Source: Alkalilimnicola ehrlichii MLHE-1
GTDB taxonomy: Bacteria > Pseudomonadota > Gammaproteobacteria > Nitrococcales > Halorhodospiraceae
Assembly: GCF_000014785.1 (NCBI RefSeq)
Contig: NC_008340.1
Coordinates: 2,460,001 to 2,492,000 of the forward strand
DNA: 32,000 bases
Reading direction: 5' to 3'
A model generated the notes under the pieces. That model saw nothing but the letters and a program-made list of their open reading frames with translations. It was not told where the DNA came from and made no database searches. Numbering within the stretch: position 1 is the first letter of the stretch; every line of letters begins with the position of its first letter. The position numbers and the translations under genes are program-made. Below are positions 1 through 8,968 of the stretch, piece after piece.

Positions 1-170
1 ATACAAGAAGGGACTAGTTCTATTCTACGCATTGACTCGGTCGACACAAAACCGATGCGGGCACTGCCCAATTTCACCCCACGAGCACATAATAATAGTA
101 ATTGTGGAAAAACCCGCGGCTTGCTAAGCTTTCTATATAGTCTCACCCATCCCTGCCGGAGAACGTACCG

Positions 171-356
171 ATGAAGAAGTTCCTGCTAAAGCTGTGGAAA
201 GACGAAGAGGGCGCCTCCGCCATCGAGTATGCCCTGATTGCGGCGATGGTGGCGGTTGCCCTTGTGGCGTTCGTCGGGCCGGTCCGCGACGCGATCACCG
301 GCATTTTTAACGACATCCTCAATGCCTTGACCGGTGCCAACGGCAATGGCGATTAA
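171..356 (+). CDS. Flp family type IVb pilin
   Basis: ORF encodes MKKFLLKLWKDEEGASAIEYALIAAMVAVALVAF..., with a short basic leader, a G|ASAIEYALIAA type-IV pilin processing motif and a hydrophobic helix; 61 aa is a typical Flp size. Confidence 0.93.
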   Translation: MKKFLLKLWKDEEGASAIEYALIAAMVAVALVAFVGPVRDAITGIFNDILNALTGANGNGD

Positions 357-856
357 TGATCTCCACCACCGCCATTGCGGTCTGGTGCAGCCTGACCGGG
401 TACTGGGATGCCCGCCATCGCCGCATCCCCAACCTGCTGACCCTCCCGGCCGCCCTGGCCGGGCTGGCCTACGCGGTGGTCACCCAGACCGCCGCGCTGG
501 GTGAGCTGCCCTGGGGCGCAGTGGCGGCAGGCGCCGCCATCGCCCTGGTGCTGACCCTGCCGGGCTTTGCCCTGGGCAAGCTGGGCGGCGGGGACGTCAA
601 GCTGCTGCTGGCGATTGGCCTGCTGGGGGGGCACCCGGCGGTACTGAGCAGTTTCGTGGTCGCGGCCTTTACGGTCACGGGCCTCTTCCTGGCGCTGATC
701 CTGGCCACCCGGCTGGCACCGTGGCCGGGCCTGCCCGGGCCCTTACGCTGTTCGCTTCAGCGCCTCCCCGGGCCGCGCGAGGCCCGGCTGCCCTTTGGCG
801 TCGGCCTGTGTGCCGGCCTGCTTGGCTATATCGTCTGGCTGACCTGGTTGCAATAA
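356..856 (+). CDS. A24-family prepilin peptidase (TadV/CpaA-like)
   Basis: Overlaps the pilin stop codon (TAATG). Contains D(A)RHRRIPN near the N-terminus and GGGDVKLL, the two Asp motifs of the A24 family, plus several hydrophobic segments. Confidence 0.9.
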   Translation: MISTTAIAVWCSLTGYWDARHRRIPNLLTLPAALAGLAYAVVTQTAALGELPWGAVAAGAAIALVLTLPGFALGKLGGGDVKLLLAIGLLGGHPAVLSSFVVAAFTVTGLFLALILATRLAPWPGLPGPLRCSLQRLPGPREARLPFGVGLCAGLLGYIVWLTWLQ

Positions 857-1025
857 CCGGCGACGCGGCGATTAACCGCAGCCAAATGAAATAGACCATC
901 GGTGCGTCAAATCACCACAGCGAAGCCGTCCATGCCCGCCCGCACTACCAAAACGGATGCCTGCGACAATTAGCCACGCAGATTGTGCGCCCGTCGCCCC
1001 TGAGCCAGCGTTTCTCCCGCCCGAT

Positions 1026-2309
1026 TCACCGCTCCCGCAAGGCCTCCCGCGCCCGGTTAAAGGGCTTTATAATATACTGCAAGACCGTGCGCTGGCCGGT
1101 CTCGATATCCACCTCCGCCACCATGCCGGGGGAGATGGGGAAACGCTGACCGTTCTCCACCACCAGCTCATCGCTGTCGGTGTGAATGAAGACCTTGTAA
1201 TAGACCTCCTCGGGGTTGATCTCGTCGCGCTCGGTATCGGGTGAGATGTTCACCACCTCGCCCTCCAAGCCGCCGTAGATAGCGTAATCGTAGGCCGTGA
1301 TCTTCACCTGGGCGCGCTGACCGGGGTGGATGTAGGCGATGTCCCGGGGCGAGATGCGGGCCTCGATCCGCAACTCCCCGTCCTGGGGCACGATCTCCAT
1401 CAACTCGCCGTTGGGAGCCAGCACGCCGCCGATGGTGGTGACCGCCAGGTTCTGCACCCGGCCGCGCACCGGCGAGCGCAGGGTCTGGCGCTGACGGGTG
1501 TCCTCGTGACCGCGCAGGCTGGAGCGCAACGCCTCCACCTCGGTGCGGGTCTCTGCCAGGTCCTGGCGCGCGCGCACCCGGAACTCGTTACGCAATTGAT
1601 TCAACTCCCGGCGCAAATCCGCCTCGGAGCGGCGCAGCTGCAGCAACTCCACCTCGCTCGCCGCACCCGCACGGACCAGCTCCTCGGTGATCGAGCGTTC
1701 GTTACCGACCAGCTGCAGCGATGTCCGGATGTCCTGCTCAGTGCGCTCCAGATGCGCACGGCGCGCCTCGAACAGGGTTCGCTCGGCGGCCACCACCTCC
1801 GAGGCGAGGTCCAGCTCTTCGGGAAACCGGATCTCGCCCTCACCGGCCAGTTCCGCCTCCAGCCGCGCCTTTCGCGCCAGCGCCCCCTGGTAGCGGGCGA
1901 TCACCTCGTCCATGTCGGCCTGGGTGCGGGTCGGGTCCAGGCGCGCCAGCGGTTGCCCCGGCTCCACCATCTCCCCCTCGGCCACCAGCAGCTCCTGGAG
2001 GATCCCGCCCTCCAGGGACTGGATCACCTGGGTGCCGCGGCTGGGTACCACCGTCGCCTGGCCACTGGAGACCTCGGCCAGTTCCGCCCAATAGGCCCAG
2101 ACGACAAAGGCACCCACAAACAGGCCCACCAGACCGATAAAACGCCCGATCCGCCGGGCCACCCTTGCGTCCTCCGCCGGCTCCAAGCCGCCGATGCCAC
2201 CCGACCAGGCCGGTGCCGAAGCGCCGGCTGCGCGATCCGGACCATGCCAGAGCCGGGCCAGGGCCCAGCGCCAGAGCGGCCGTTTCCCGGTTACCGCGCC
2301 CTCATGCAT
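1026..2309 (-). CDS. HlyD-family type I secretion periplasmic adaptor subunit
   Basis: One N-terminal TM, VVPSRGTQVIQSLEGGILQELLVAEGEMVEPGQPLARLD biotinyl-like motif, long coiled coil, C-terminal SPGMVAEVDIETGQRTVLQYIIKPFNRAREALRER. Start taken at MHEGAV (2309) rather than the longer ORF start at 2411; overlaps the upstream ABC gene stop. Confidence 0.93.
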   Translation of the reverse strand: MHEGAVTGKRPLWRWALARLWHGPDRAAGASAPAWSGGIGGLEPAEDARVARRIGRFIGLVGLFVGAFVVWAYWAELAEVSSGQATVVPSRGTQVIQSLEGGILQELLVAEGEMVEPGQPLARLDPTRTQADMDEVIARYQGALARKARLEAELAGEGEIRFPEELDLASEVVAAERTLFEARRAHLERTEQDIRTSLQLVGNERSITEELVRAGAASEVELLQLRRSEADLRRELNQLRNEFRVRARQDLAETRTEVEALRSSLRGHEDTRQRQTLRSPVRGRVQNLAVTTIGGVLAPNGELMEIVPQDGELRIEARISPRDIAYIHPGQRAQVKITAYDYAIYGGLEGEVVNISPDTERDEINPEEVYYKVFIHTDSDELVVENGQRFPISPGMVAEVDIETGQRTVLQYIIKPFNRAREALRER

Positions 2310-4491
2310 GACGACGCCTTTCCCTGCCATTGTCGTTGGTTTGCCCGGCCAGGCGCCGCAGGGCCCGGTCCCGGGTGTCATCCAATACCACCCGCCCGCC
2401 ATCGACGACAATCACCCGGTCCACCAGCCGCAGGACATTGCGCCGGTGGGTGGCGACCACCAGGGTGCGGCCCCGGGCGAATTCATCCAGATGGTCGATG
2501 ACCCGCCGCTCCGCGCTGTCGTCCAGCGCCGTGGTCGGCTCATCCAACAGGAGGATGCGTGGCTCGCGCAGCAGCAACCGGGCCACCAGCAGCAACTGGC
2601 GCTGCCCGCCGGACAGCCCCTGCCCCCCCTCCTTGACGGTGTGATCCAGGCCGTTGGGCAGGTTCTGGAAGACCTCCTCGCCGCCCACCGCCCGCAGGGC
2701 CGCCAGCAACGCCTCGTCGCTGGCCCGCGGCGCGCCCAGCAGCAGGTTGTCGCGGACCGTGCCATAAAACAGGCGGGCCTGCTGGGTCAGCACCCCCACG
2801 TCACGGCGCACATCGGCCGGGTCGAGCTGGCCCAGGCGCACACCGTCCAGGCGCAGCTCGCCCTCGGCCGGCTCGAGCAGCCCGGAGAGCGCCTGGATCA
2901 GGGTGGACTTGCCCGCACCGTTCCGCCCCACCAGGCCGACCCGCTCACCCGGCTCGATCCGTAACCGCGCCACCTCCAGCGCGGTGCCGGCGTCATCCGC
3001 GCTGTAGCGGAAGGCCGCCTTTTCCAGCCGATAGGCCCCCTCCAGCGCCACCCGATGGACCCGGCGGGCCTCCTCCGGGTGGTCCACCGGGCGTTGCATG
3101 ATCTGGTCCAGCCCCTGCAACGCCACGCGCGCATGCTGCCAGCGGCTCAGTACCTGATTCAGCTGACCCATGGGCGCCAGCATGCGCGAGGCGAGGATGG
3201 AGGCGGCCACCAGGGTACCGGTGGTCAGGTCGCCCGCCATTACCATCGGGGCCCCGAAGAGGACGACCACGGCGAAGGAGCCGGTCTGCACCGTCTGCGC
3301 CCAGGCGGTCAGGGAATTGGTGAGAAAGCGCAGCCGCAGGTTGACGTCGGTGGTGACGCCGTTGAAGTGGTTCCACTGGTTCTGAAACCGCGGCTCGGCC
3401 TGCAGGGTCTTGATATCGTCCAGCCCCTGCACCGACTCCACCAGCATGGCGTTGCGCAGGGAGGACTCGCGGATGGCCTCACGGGCCAACCGGTGCAGCC
3501 GCCCCTGGGCCAGCAGCCCCGGCACCACCAGCACCAGCAACGCCACCAGCGGGATGAGCACCAGGCTCCCGGCCACGTACCAGAAGACCGCCAGAAAGAG
3601 CAGAAAGAAGGGCAGATCCGCCAGCACCGAGACGGTGGTGGAGGTCATGAAGTCGCGGACCCGGTCCAGCTCCCGAAGCTGGGAGATGAAGGTGCCGGTG
3701 GAGCCCGGCCGCTGGGTGTTCTTTATGCGCAGGGCATGGCCGAAGACCCGGTCGGAGATGCGCAGATCCGCCCGCTTGCCCAGCAGGTCGATCAGACTGA
3801 CCCGCGCCACCCGCATGGACAGCTCGAACAGCAGCGCCAGCAGGACCCCGCTGAACAGGACATAGAGGGTGGGCAGCGAGCCGACCGGGATCACCCGATC
3901 GTAGACCTGCATGGCGAATATGAGCCCCGCCAGGGCCAGGGTGTTCGCCAACAGGGAGGCGAGCATCACGTGGCCGTAGGGCCGGATCCGGTCGAAGATG
4001 ATGGAACGGAACCAGTGTGGGCGGTAGGGCTGGATATACTCGTCGATCCGCGGGTCGGCGGCGTTGCGGGCCGGGCGGGGGACCAGGACCCGCACCACCC
4101 CCTCGCGCAACTGGGCGACAGAGACCGGCGTGGGCAGGCCGCCCTCGCCGGAGAACGCCACCTGCCAACCCCGTCCATCCCGGCTGCGCCCCTCCAGCAC
4201 CCCGACCCGCCCGTCGGCGAAGGCGAGCACCAGCGGCAGGCGCCAGGGCGACAACCGCTCCCAGTCCGGCGCCTCGTCGTGGGCGTGCAGCTTCAGCCCG
4301 AGCTGCCCGGCCATCCGCGCCAGCAGCCGGTCGGGATCCGCCCGATCCGCCTCCCAGGCGCTGGCCACGCGGACATTCTGCTCCGAGAAGTTGCAGTCGT
4401 AGGCCCGGGCGACGTATAGAAACGCCTCCAGCCAGGCGTCCGGGTCAATACCCGGCCGGGCCTGTTCGGAATCTGCGGCGACGGTTGTCAT
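2302..4491 (-). CDS. Type I secretion system permease/ATPase (LapB-like, with N-terminal C39-like domain)
   Basis: N-terminal degenerate C39-like region, TM region, Walker A GRNGAGKST, signature GLSGGQRQLL, Walker B ILLLDEPTTALD. Confidence 0.94.
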   Translation of the reverse strand: MTTVAADSEQARPGIDPDAWLEAFLYVARAYDCNFSEQNVRVASAWEADRADPDRLLARMAGQLGLKLHAHDEAPDWERLSPWRLPLVLAFADGRVGVLEGRSRDGRGWQVAFSGEGGLPTPVSVAQLREGVVRVLVPRPARNAADPRIDEYIQPYRPHWFRSIIFDRIRPYGHVMLASLLANTLALAGLIFAMQVYDRVIPVGSLPTLYVLFSGVLLALLFELSMRVARVSLIDLLGKRADLRISDRVFGHALRIKNTQRPGSTGTFISQLRELDRVRDFMTSTTVSVLADLPFFLLFLAVFWYVAGSLVLIPLVALLVLVVPGLLAQGRLHRLAREAIRESSLRNAMLVESVQGLDDIKTLQAEPRFQNQWNHFNGVTTDVNLRLRFLTNSLTAWAQTVQTGSFAVVVLFGAPMVMAGDLTTGTLVAASILASRMLAPMGQLNQVLSRWQHARVALQGLDQIMQRPVDHPEEARRVHRVALEGAYRLEKAAFRYSADDAGTALEVARLRIEPGERVGLVGRNGAGKSTLIQALSGLLEPAEGELRLDGVRLGQLDPADVRRDVGVLTQQARLFYGTVRDNLLLGAPRASDEALLAALRAVGGEEVFQNLPNGLDHTVKEGGQGLSGGQRQLLLVARLLLREPRILLLDEPTTALDDSAERRVIDHLDEFARGRTLVVATHRRNVLRLVDRVIVVDGGRVVLDDTRDRALRRLAGQTNDNGRERRRHA

Positions 4492-5870
4492 AACGGCAGA
4501 TCAATCGCCTCCGGCCGACGGTCATCCAGCTCGAAGGTGACCCCGAGGGCCCCCACGGCACTCAGGCAGTCCACCTGGCGAGCTTTCTGATCGTGGCGTA
4601 AATCCAACTGGTCGAAACGGGCCTGGAAGTAGTCCTGCTCCACATCCAGCAGGTTCATCAGCGACCGCGTGCCCGCCCGCAGGTACTGCGACTGGTGCAG
4701 ATCGCGAAGTTCGTCCAGGGTTTCGATCCGGCGCGCCAGGACACCCATGCGCTCCGCCAGCGCCGCCGCCTGTTCAGCGGCCTGTTGCAGCCGTTGATCG
4801 GCGTCCAGGCGGGCGCCGGCCGCCGCTGCTTCGGCGGCGGCCAGTCGGTGGCGGCTGGCCGACTGCCCGGCCCGGTTGCGGCCGCCGGCGAACAGATCGG
4901 CGCGGACGTTCAGCAGCACGCTGGTCTCCGTCTGATTGGGGACGTCGCTGTCGAAGAAGCGGTCCGAGGTCACATCCAGGCTCAGGGTCGGGAACCGGGC
5001 CGCCCGCGCCGCCTTGACCCCCGCCCGCGCCTCGGCACTGCGCGCGGCGGCCGCCTGCAACTCCGGCAGGTGGTCGATGTCCTCCACGTCCACCCGGTCG
5101 CAGGCCCCGGCCAGTTGCGCCGGCGGTTCGGCCCGGTGGGCCACCGTGTAGCGGCCGGGCACCAGGCGGCGCAGCGCCCGTCTGGCGTCGGCCAGTTGGG
5201 TCGCGACCTGCGCCCGGGTCAGGCGGGCGGCGTCCACCCGGGCCGCCACCTCCCGTTCGTCGGACCGGGTGCTGGCACCCATTGCCGCGCGACGCTGGAT
5301 CAGCCCCTCAAGCCGACTCATGGCGGCCACCTGCTCCTCCGCCACCACCAGCAGGGCCTGGTAGCGCTGCACCTGGATGAAGGCGTGGGCGGCGTCCGCG
5401 GCCACATCCTCCACGGTCTGCTGCCACTCGGCCCGGGCCGCCACCTCGCCGGCGCGGGCACCGTCCACCCGTCCCCCCACCTCGCCAAAGTCGTAGAGCC
5501 GCTGAGACGCGGTAACGCTGGCCACCGGCACGTGGCGGTTCAGGGTGCTGTTGAATTCGCTGCGGGTGCTGGCGGAGACCTGTGGCCACCGGTCGGCCCG
5601 CGCCATGTCCACCTCGTCGCCACGCCGGGCCAGCTCGGCCCGGGCCTCGGCCACGCGCGGGTCATGCCCTACGGCCGCCTTCAGGGCATCGGGCAGCACC
5701 AGCTCGGGCCCATCGGCGGGCGCTTCGGCCCCGAGACCGGCCGAGCCCGGGCTCGCCACCAGGGCATCCCCGGCGGCGGCCGGCGGCACCATACCGCCGG
5801 CCGCCAGCCCGCCCAGGCCGGCGGCAAGAGATAGCGCCACCGCCCGGTGTGGGTAGCGGCGCCCCATCAC
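4488..5870 (-). CDS. TolC-family outer membrane channel protein
   Basis: Signal peptide, paired helical repeats (ALKAAVGHDPRVAEARAELARRGDEV..., EFNSTLNRHVPVASVTASQRLYDFG), C-terminal AGTRSLMNLLDVEQDYFQARFD; co-oriented with and overlapping T1SS genes. Confidence 0.9.
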   Translation of the reverse strand: MMGRRYPHRAVALSLAAGLGGLAAGGMVPPAAAGDALVASPGSAGLGAEAPADGPELVLPDALKAAVGHDPRVAEARAELARRGDEVDMARADRWPQVSASTRSEFNSTLNRHVPVASVTASQRLYDFGEVGGRVDGARAGEVAARAEWQQTVEDVAADAAHAFIQVQRYQALLVVAEEQVAAMSRLEGLIQRRAAMGASTRSDEREVAARVDAARLTRAQVATQLADARRALRRLVPGRYTVAHRAEPPAQLAGACDRVDVEDIDHLPELQAAAARSAEARAGVKAARAARFPTLSLDVTSDRFFDSDVPNQTETSVLLNVRADLFAGGRNRAGQSASRHRLAAAEAAAAGARLDADQRLQQAAEQAAALAERMGVLARRIETLDELRDLHQSQYLRAGTRSLMNLLDVEQDYFQARFDQLDLRHDQKARQVDCLSAVGALGVTFELDDRRPEAIDLPL

Positions 5871-7792
5871 GCGAGGGGCAGGTTCGACGAATCGTCATCA
5901 TTGGCGAAGGTGCCTTCCGCCTCCACGGCGATCCCATCGGCCGCTGCAGCGCCACCACCCTCAACCGTCGCCCCCTCGGCAGCGCCGGCCGGCACAATGG
6001 CCGGCTCGTCCGCCTGCAGGACGTCCGCCTCGGCGGGCAGCGGTTCGTCGCTGGCCGACACCAGGGATTCCGGATCGTCGTTCAACTCGTCGAGCCCGGC
6101 CATGGCGACCGCACCGCCCACCGTGTCAGCCCCCATGCCCTCGAGCTCCGGCGGAATCTCATCCAGCTCACCGCCGATACCGAAGGCGAGTTCCGCCTCC
6201 GGGCTCTCCTCGTCGCCCCGCACCAGCTTGTAGGTGAAGGACTCCCGCTCACCGTAGGCGTCCCGGTCCTCGTTCACCTGATAGCTGTAACTGCCGTCCG
6301 CCTGCATGGTGAGCTCGCCCCACTGGCCGGCGATGGTGGTCTCACTCTCCACCGCCTGCCAGTCACCCTGGCCATTCTTCACCCAGACGGTGGGCGGCTC
6401 ATCGCCGGCGACAATATCGGGCCGGCCGGCCGCACCGACGTCGGTGATGATATTACCCGGCACTTGGTCGGCACCAACCAGCTCCAAGCTGTCGAGCAGG
6501 TCCTGATCGAGGTTGCCCTCGAGCAGATCCTTAAGCAGGGCCTCGTTGAAGAGGTCGACCCGGATATCGCTCAATTGATGGCTGGAGCTCAGCAGCCCGC
6601 CGTCACCCCCGTTGCGGTGAAGGATGAGCTGGTAGCTCCCTTCGGGGATCGCCGTCTCACTGATATCCAGGTCCGGACTGAGCAGCCCCAGCAGGTCAAG
6701 CCCCAACAATCCGCCATTGTGTTTGGTGCTGCTGATGACATCGCCGGTAGCGACGTCGACCATGTCGATTTCGTAGCCGCTATCCAGCAGCGCCAGCAGC
6801 CCCCCGCTGCTGGCCGTAAAGGAGATCGCGCCGACTTGGCCCTCCCCTACCGTGAAAATCTCGGATTCGGCCCTGGCCTCCCCCCCGAGAAGCCCACCCT
6901 GGAGGACAACGTCGTCCAGCTCCAGGGAGTCCTCCAGGAGGTCCTCCAGATCATCGATGCCGAACTTCAGGTTGGCCGCCGCCACGTCGTCGAAGGGCCA
7001 CAACGAAGGCACCTCCAGGCCCACCTGCGGCGAGACATTACCCTCGCCATCGGTCACCGACACATAACCGTTAAAGGCCGCCAGGTTGTCGTCCTCTGAA
7101 AAGTGGTCATCCCATTCGATGCCGGATTCCAGATTGTCTTTCAGCCATTCCGGCGTCAGCGACCACTGCCCGCCGTCCACGGCCCCTGAGGCCAGCAGGG
7201 TCTCGCCGTCTTCCGCCCAGACCTGCACCTCTTCCGCGTCATCGGAGGCGGTCCCGGCAACGGCCAGCGGGGTATTCTCGGTGATCTCCACCACCAGCCC
7301 CACGTCCCCATTGTCGTCGTCATCGTCATCGTCCGGGGGACCGTCATCGCTAGAGGAGGATGAACTGCTGCCCGCGGCGGCGGCCAGGGCCGCCGCACCC
7401 AGGAGCCCGGCCAGGGCCGCCGCGCCCAGGCCGCCGCCATCGTCGGCCACCAGGTCATCCACCGTGTTGATCTCGGCAAAGGCGAACTCCGACCAGGGGG
7501 TCTCGTACTGCCCCCACCAGAGCACCCCGCTGGAGTCTTCCAGCACCAGTTCGTTGCGCGCCACGCCTTCGGCGTCGAAAAAGCCCGGGATGATGACTTC
7601 CTCGCCGGTGGCGAGGGTCAGCACCAGATCCCCGGCGCGGTTGTCGAAGCCGGCCACCTGCTCCGGCCCCACCGGCAGTTTGACGACCGTGTTCTCCATG
7701 GGCTCCAGGGAACCCAGCGGTACCTCCGTGACCCGGCCGCTCTCCTTGTCCACCAACGTGATCGAATCGGAACCCCGCATATTGACCCCCAT
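5867..7792 (-). CDS. BapA/LapA-like N-terminal domain protein, putative short T1SS-exported adhesin
   Basis: N-terminal region VKLPVGPEQVAGFDNRAGDLVLTLATGEEVIIPGFFDAEGVARNELVLEDSSGVLWWGQY resembles the BapA prefix-like domain. It is followed by an A-rich stretch, poly-Ser, poly-Asp, Ig-like segments and an acidic C-terminus, and sits inside the T1SS operon. Confidence 0.75.
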   Translation of the reverse strand: MGVNMRGSDSITLVDKESGRVTEVPLGSLEPMENTVVKLPVGPEQVAGFDNRAGDLVLTLATGEEVIIPGFFDAEGVARNELVLEDSSGVLWWGQYETPWSEFAFAEINTVDDLVADDGGGLGAAALAGLLGAAALAAAAGSSSSSSSDDGPPDDDDDDDNGDVGLVVEITENTPLAVAGTASDDAEEVQVWAEDGETLLASGAVDGGQWSLTPEWLKDNLESGIEWDDHFSEDDNLAAFNGYVSVTDGEGNVSPQVGLEVPSLWPFDDVAAANLKFGIDDLEDLLEDSLELDDVVLQGGLLGGEARAESEIFTVGEGQVGAISFTASSGGLLALLDSGYEIDMVDVATGDVISSTKHNGGLLGLDLLGLLSPDLDISETAIPEGSYQLILHRNGGDGGLLSSSHQLSDIRVDLFNEALLKDLLEGNLDQDLLDSLELVGADQVPGNIITDVGAAGRPDIVAGDEPPTVWVKNGQGDWQAVESETTIAGQWGELTMQADGSYSYQVNEDRDAYGERESFTYKLVRGDEESPEAELAFGIGGELDEIPPELEGMGADTVGGAVAMAGLDELNDDPESLVSASDEPLPAEADVLQADEPAIVPAGAAEGATVEGGGAAAADGIAVEAEGTFANDDDSSNLPLA

Positions 7793-7893
7793 GCAATTAC
7801 AACCGCCGGATGATTATCCCGCGGACAATGGTTTATACCCGCCGGTGTGCGCCTGCCCTCCCTGGGTATCGCCCACACCGCTAGCTGATGCCG

Positions 7894-8724
7894 CTACCGT
7901 TCGTCGTTGCCACGCTCCAACACCTGCACCTCCACCCGGCGGTTGGGCGACAGGCAGGCAATAAGCGCCGGCGTGGCCCGGTCGCCCTCGCAGAAGACCA
8001 CCGGCTCGGCTTCTCCCCGCCCCTGTGCGACCACGTCGCGGCGGGAGAACCCATTCTTGAGGAGTGCGTCCATAACCGCGTCAGCGCGGCGCTCGGACAA
8101 GCGCTGGTTATACCCAGGATCGCCAATGCGGTCGGTGTGACCGACGATCACCACCAGCGGATCAATGAATTCCTTCTGAAGGCCTGCCGCCACCTCGCGG
8201 ATGGTGTCCTGCCCCTCGGCACGCAGCACGGCGCTGTCGAAGTCGAAGAGCACGTCCGTCGACAGGGTCCGGTACACGACCCGCTCGACCTCAACCGTGC
8301 GCTCCCGCGCGAGGTTTTCGGCCATGATCTCGCAGAGCAGGCGACGCCACTGATAACCGGACACCCGCCCCCAGTGATCGAACTGGACCTTGTACTGGCA
8401 GACCACCACGTCGTCACTGCGGGGGAAGGGCAGATTGAAGTCGTAAAACCAGACCGGATTGCCGGCCACCTGCCGCCGGTCGGCGGGCTCACCAATGGCA
8501 TCGCGCACTTCGTCGCGGGTCAGCCCCTCGCTGATCTGTTCCAGGCCCAGTGGATCGGCCGAGCGGCCGTAGCGGAGGAGCCCCTCCTCCATATCAACCA
8601 GAGAGACCTCCAGATCCGGAAACAGGGGCGCGTCACCCCGCTCCCCCGCAAAGGCCACCGCCCCCCCAACGTTTATACAGACCGAGAGGAGGACAACAAA
8701 ACTGTATAATGTGATCCTGTTCAT
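7894..8724 (-). CDS. OmpA-family protein with SmpA/BamE-like N-terminal part
   Basis: SEGLTRDEVRDAIGEPADRR resembles the SmpA/OmlA motif. The C-terminal VLFDFDSAVLRAEGQDTIREVAAGL...VVIVGHTDRIGDPGYNQRLSERRADAV...GRGEAEPV...NRRVEV is a canonical OmpA peptidoglycan-binding domain. Confidence 0.92.
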   Translation of the reverse strand: MNRITLYSFVVLLSVCINVGGAVAFAGERGDAPLFPDLEVSLVDMEEGLLRYGRSADPLGLEQISEGLTRDEVRDAIGEPADRRQVAGNPVWFYDFNLPFPRSDDVVVCQYKVQFDHWGRVSGYQWRRLLCEIMAENLARERTVEVERVVYRTLSTDVLFDFDSAVLRAEGQDTIREVAAGLQKEFIDPLVVIVGHTDRIGDPGYNQRLSERRADAVMDALLKNGFSRRDVVAQGRGEAEPVVFCEGDRATPALIACLSPNRRVEVQVLERGNDER

Positions 8725-8968
8725 CCCTGCTTTTCACCATTATTCAGCGCCATATTGAACAGGGAGATTATCCGCAGGTATCTACCGGGTACACACCTAA
8801 AATAGTAATAATCGATTGCTACTAACCCTCGCAGACTACCCCTTGTTTGGTTGTGGCCGATGGGTCGCGACTTTACAATAGCCCACGCTGCATGATGCCC
8901 GCGCCCACGGTCGAGAGCCTGTATTAGCCGCTCCATGACCTGCGAGACCACCTCCGGGGAGAACGGAA

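Noticed and set aside
1326-5834. Long antisense ORFs (1326..2501 +, 3055..4419 +, 4695..5834 +) opposite the T1SS genes
   Set aside because: Low-complexity Gly/Arg/Pro/Gln/His-rich translations exactly opposite well-supported genes; typical shadow ORFs of a high-GC genome.
8721-8951. 76-aa minus-strand ORF upstream of the OmpA-like gene
   Set aside because: No recognisable domain; lies mostly across the AT-rich divergent intergenic region and is more likely non-coding.
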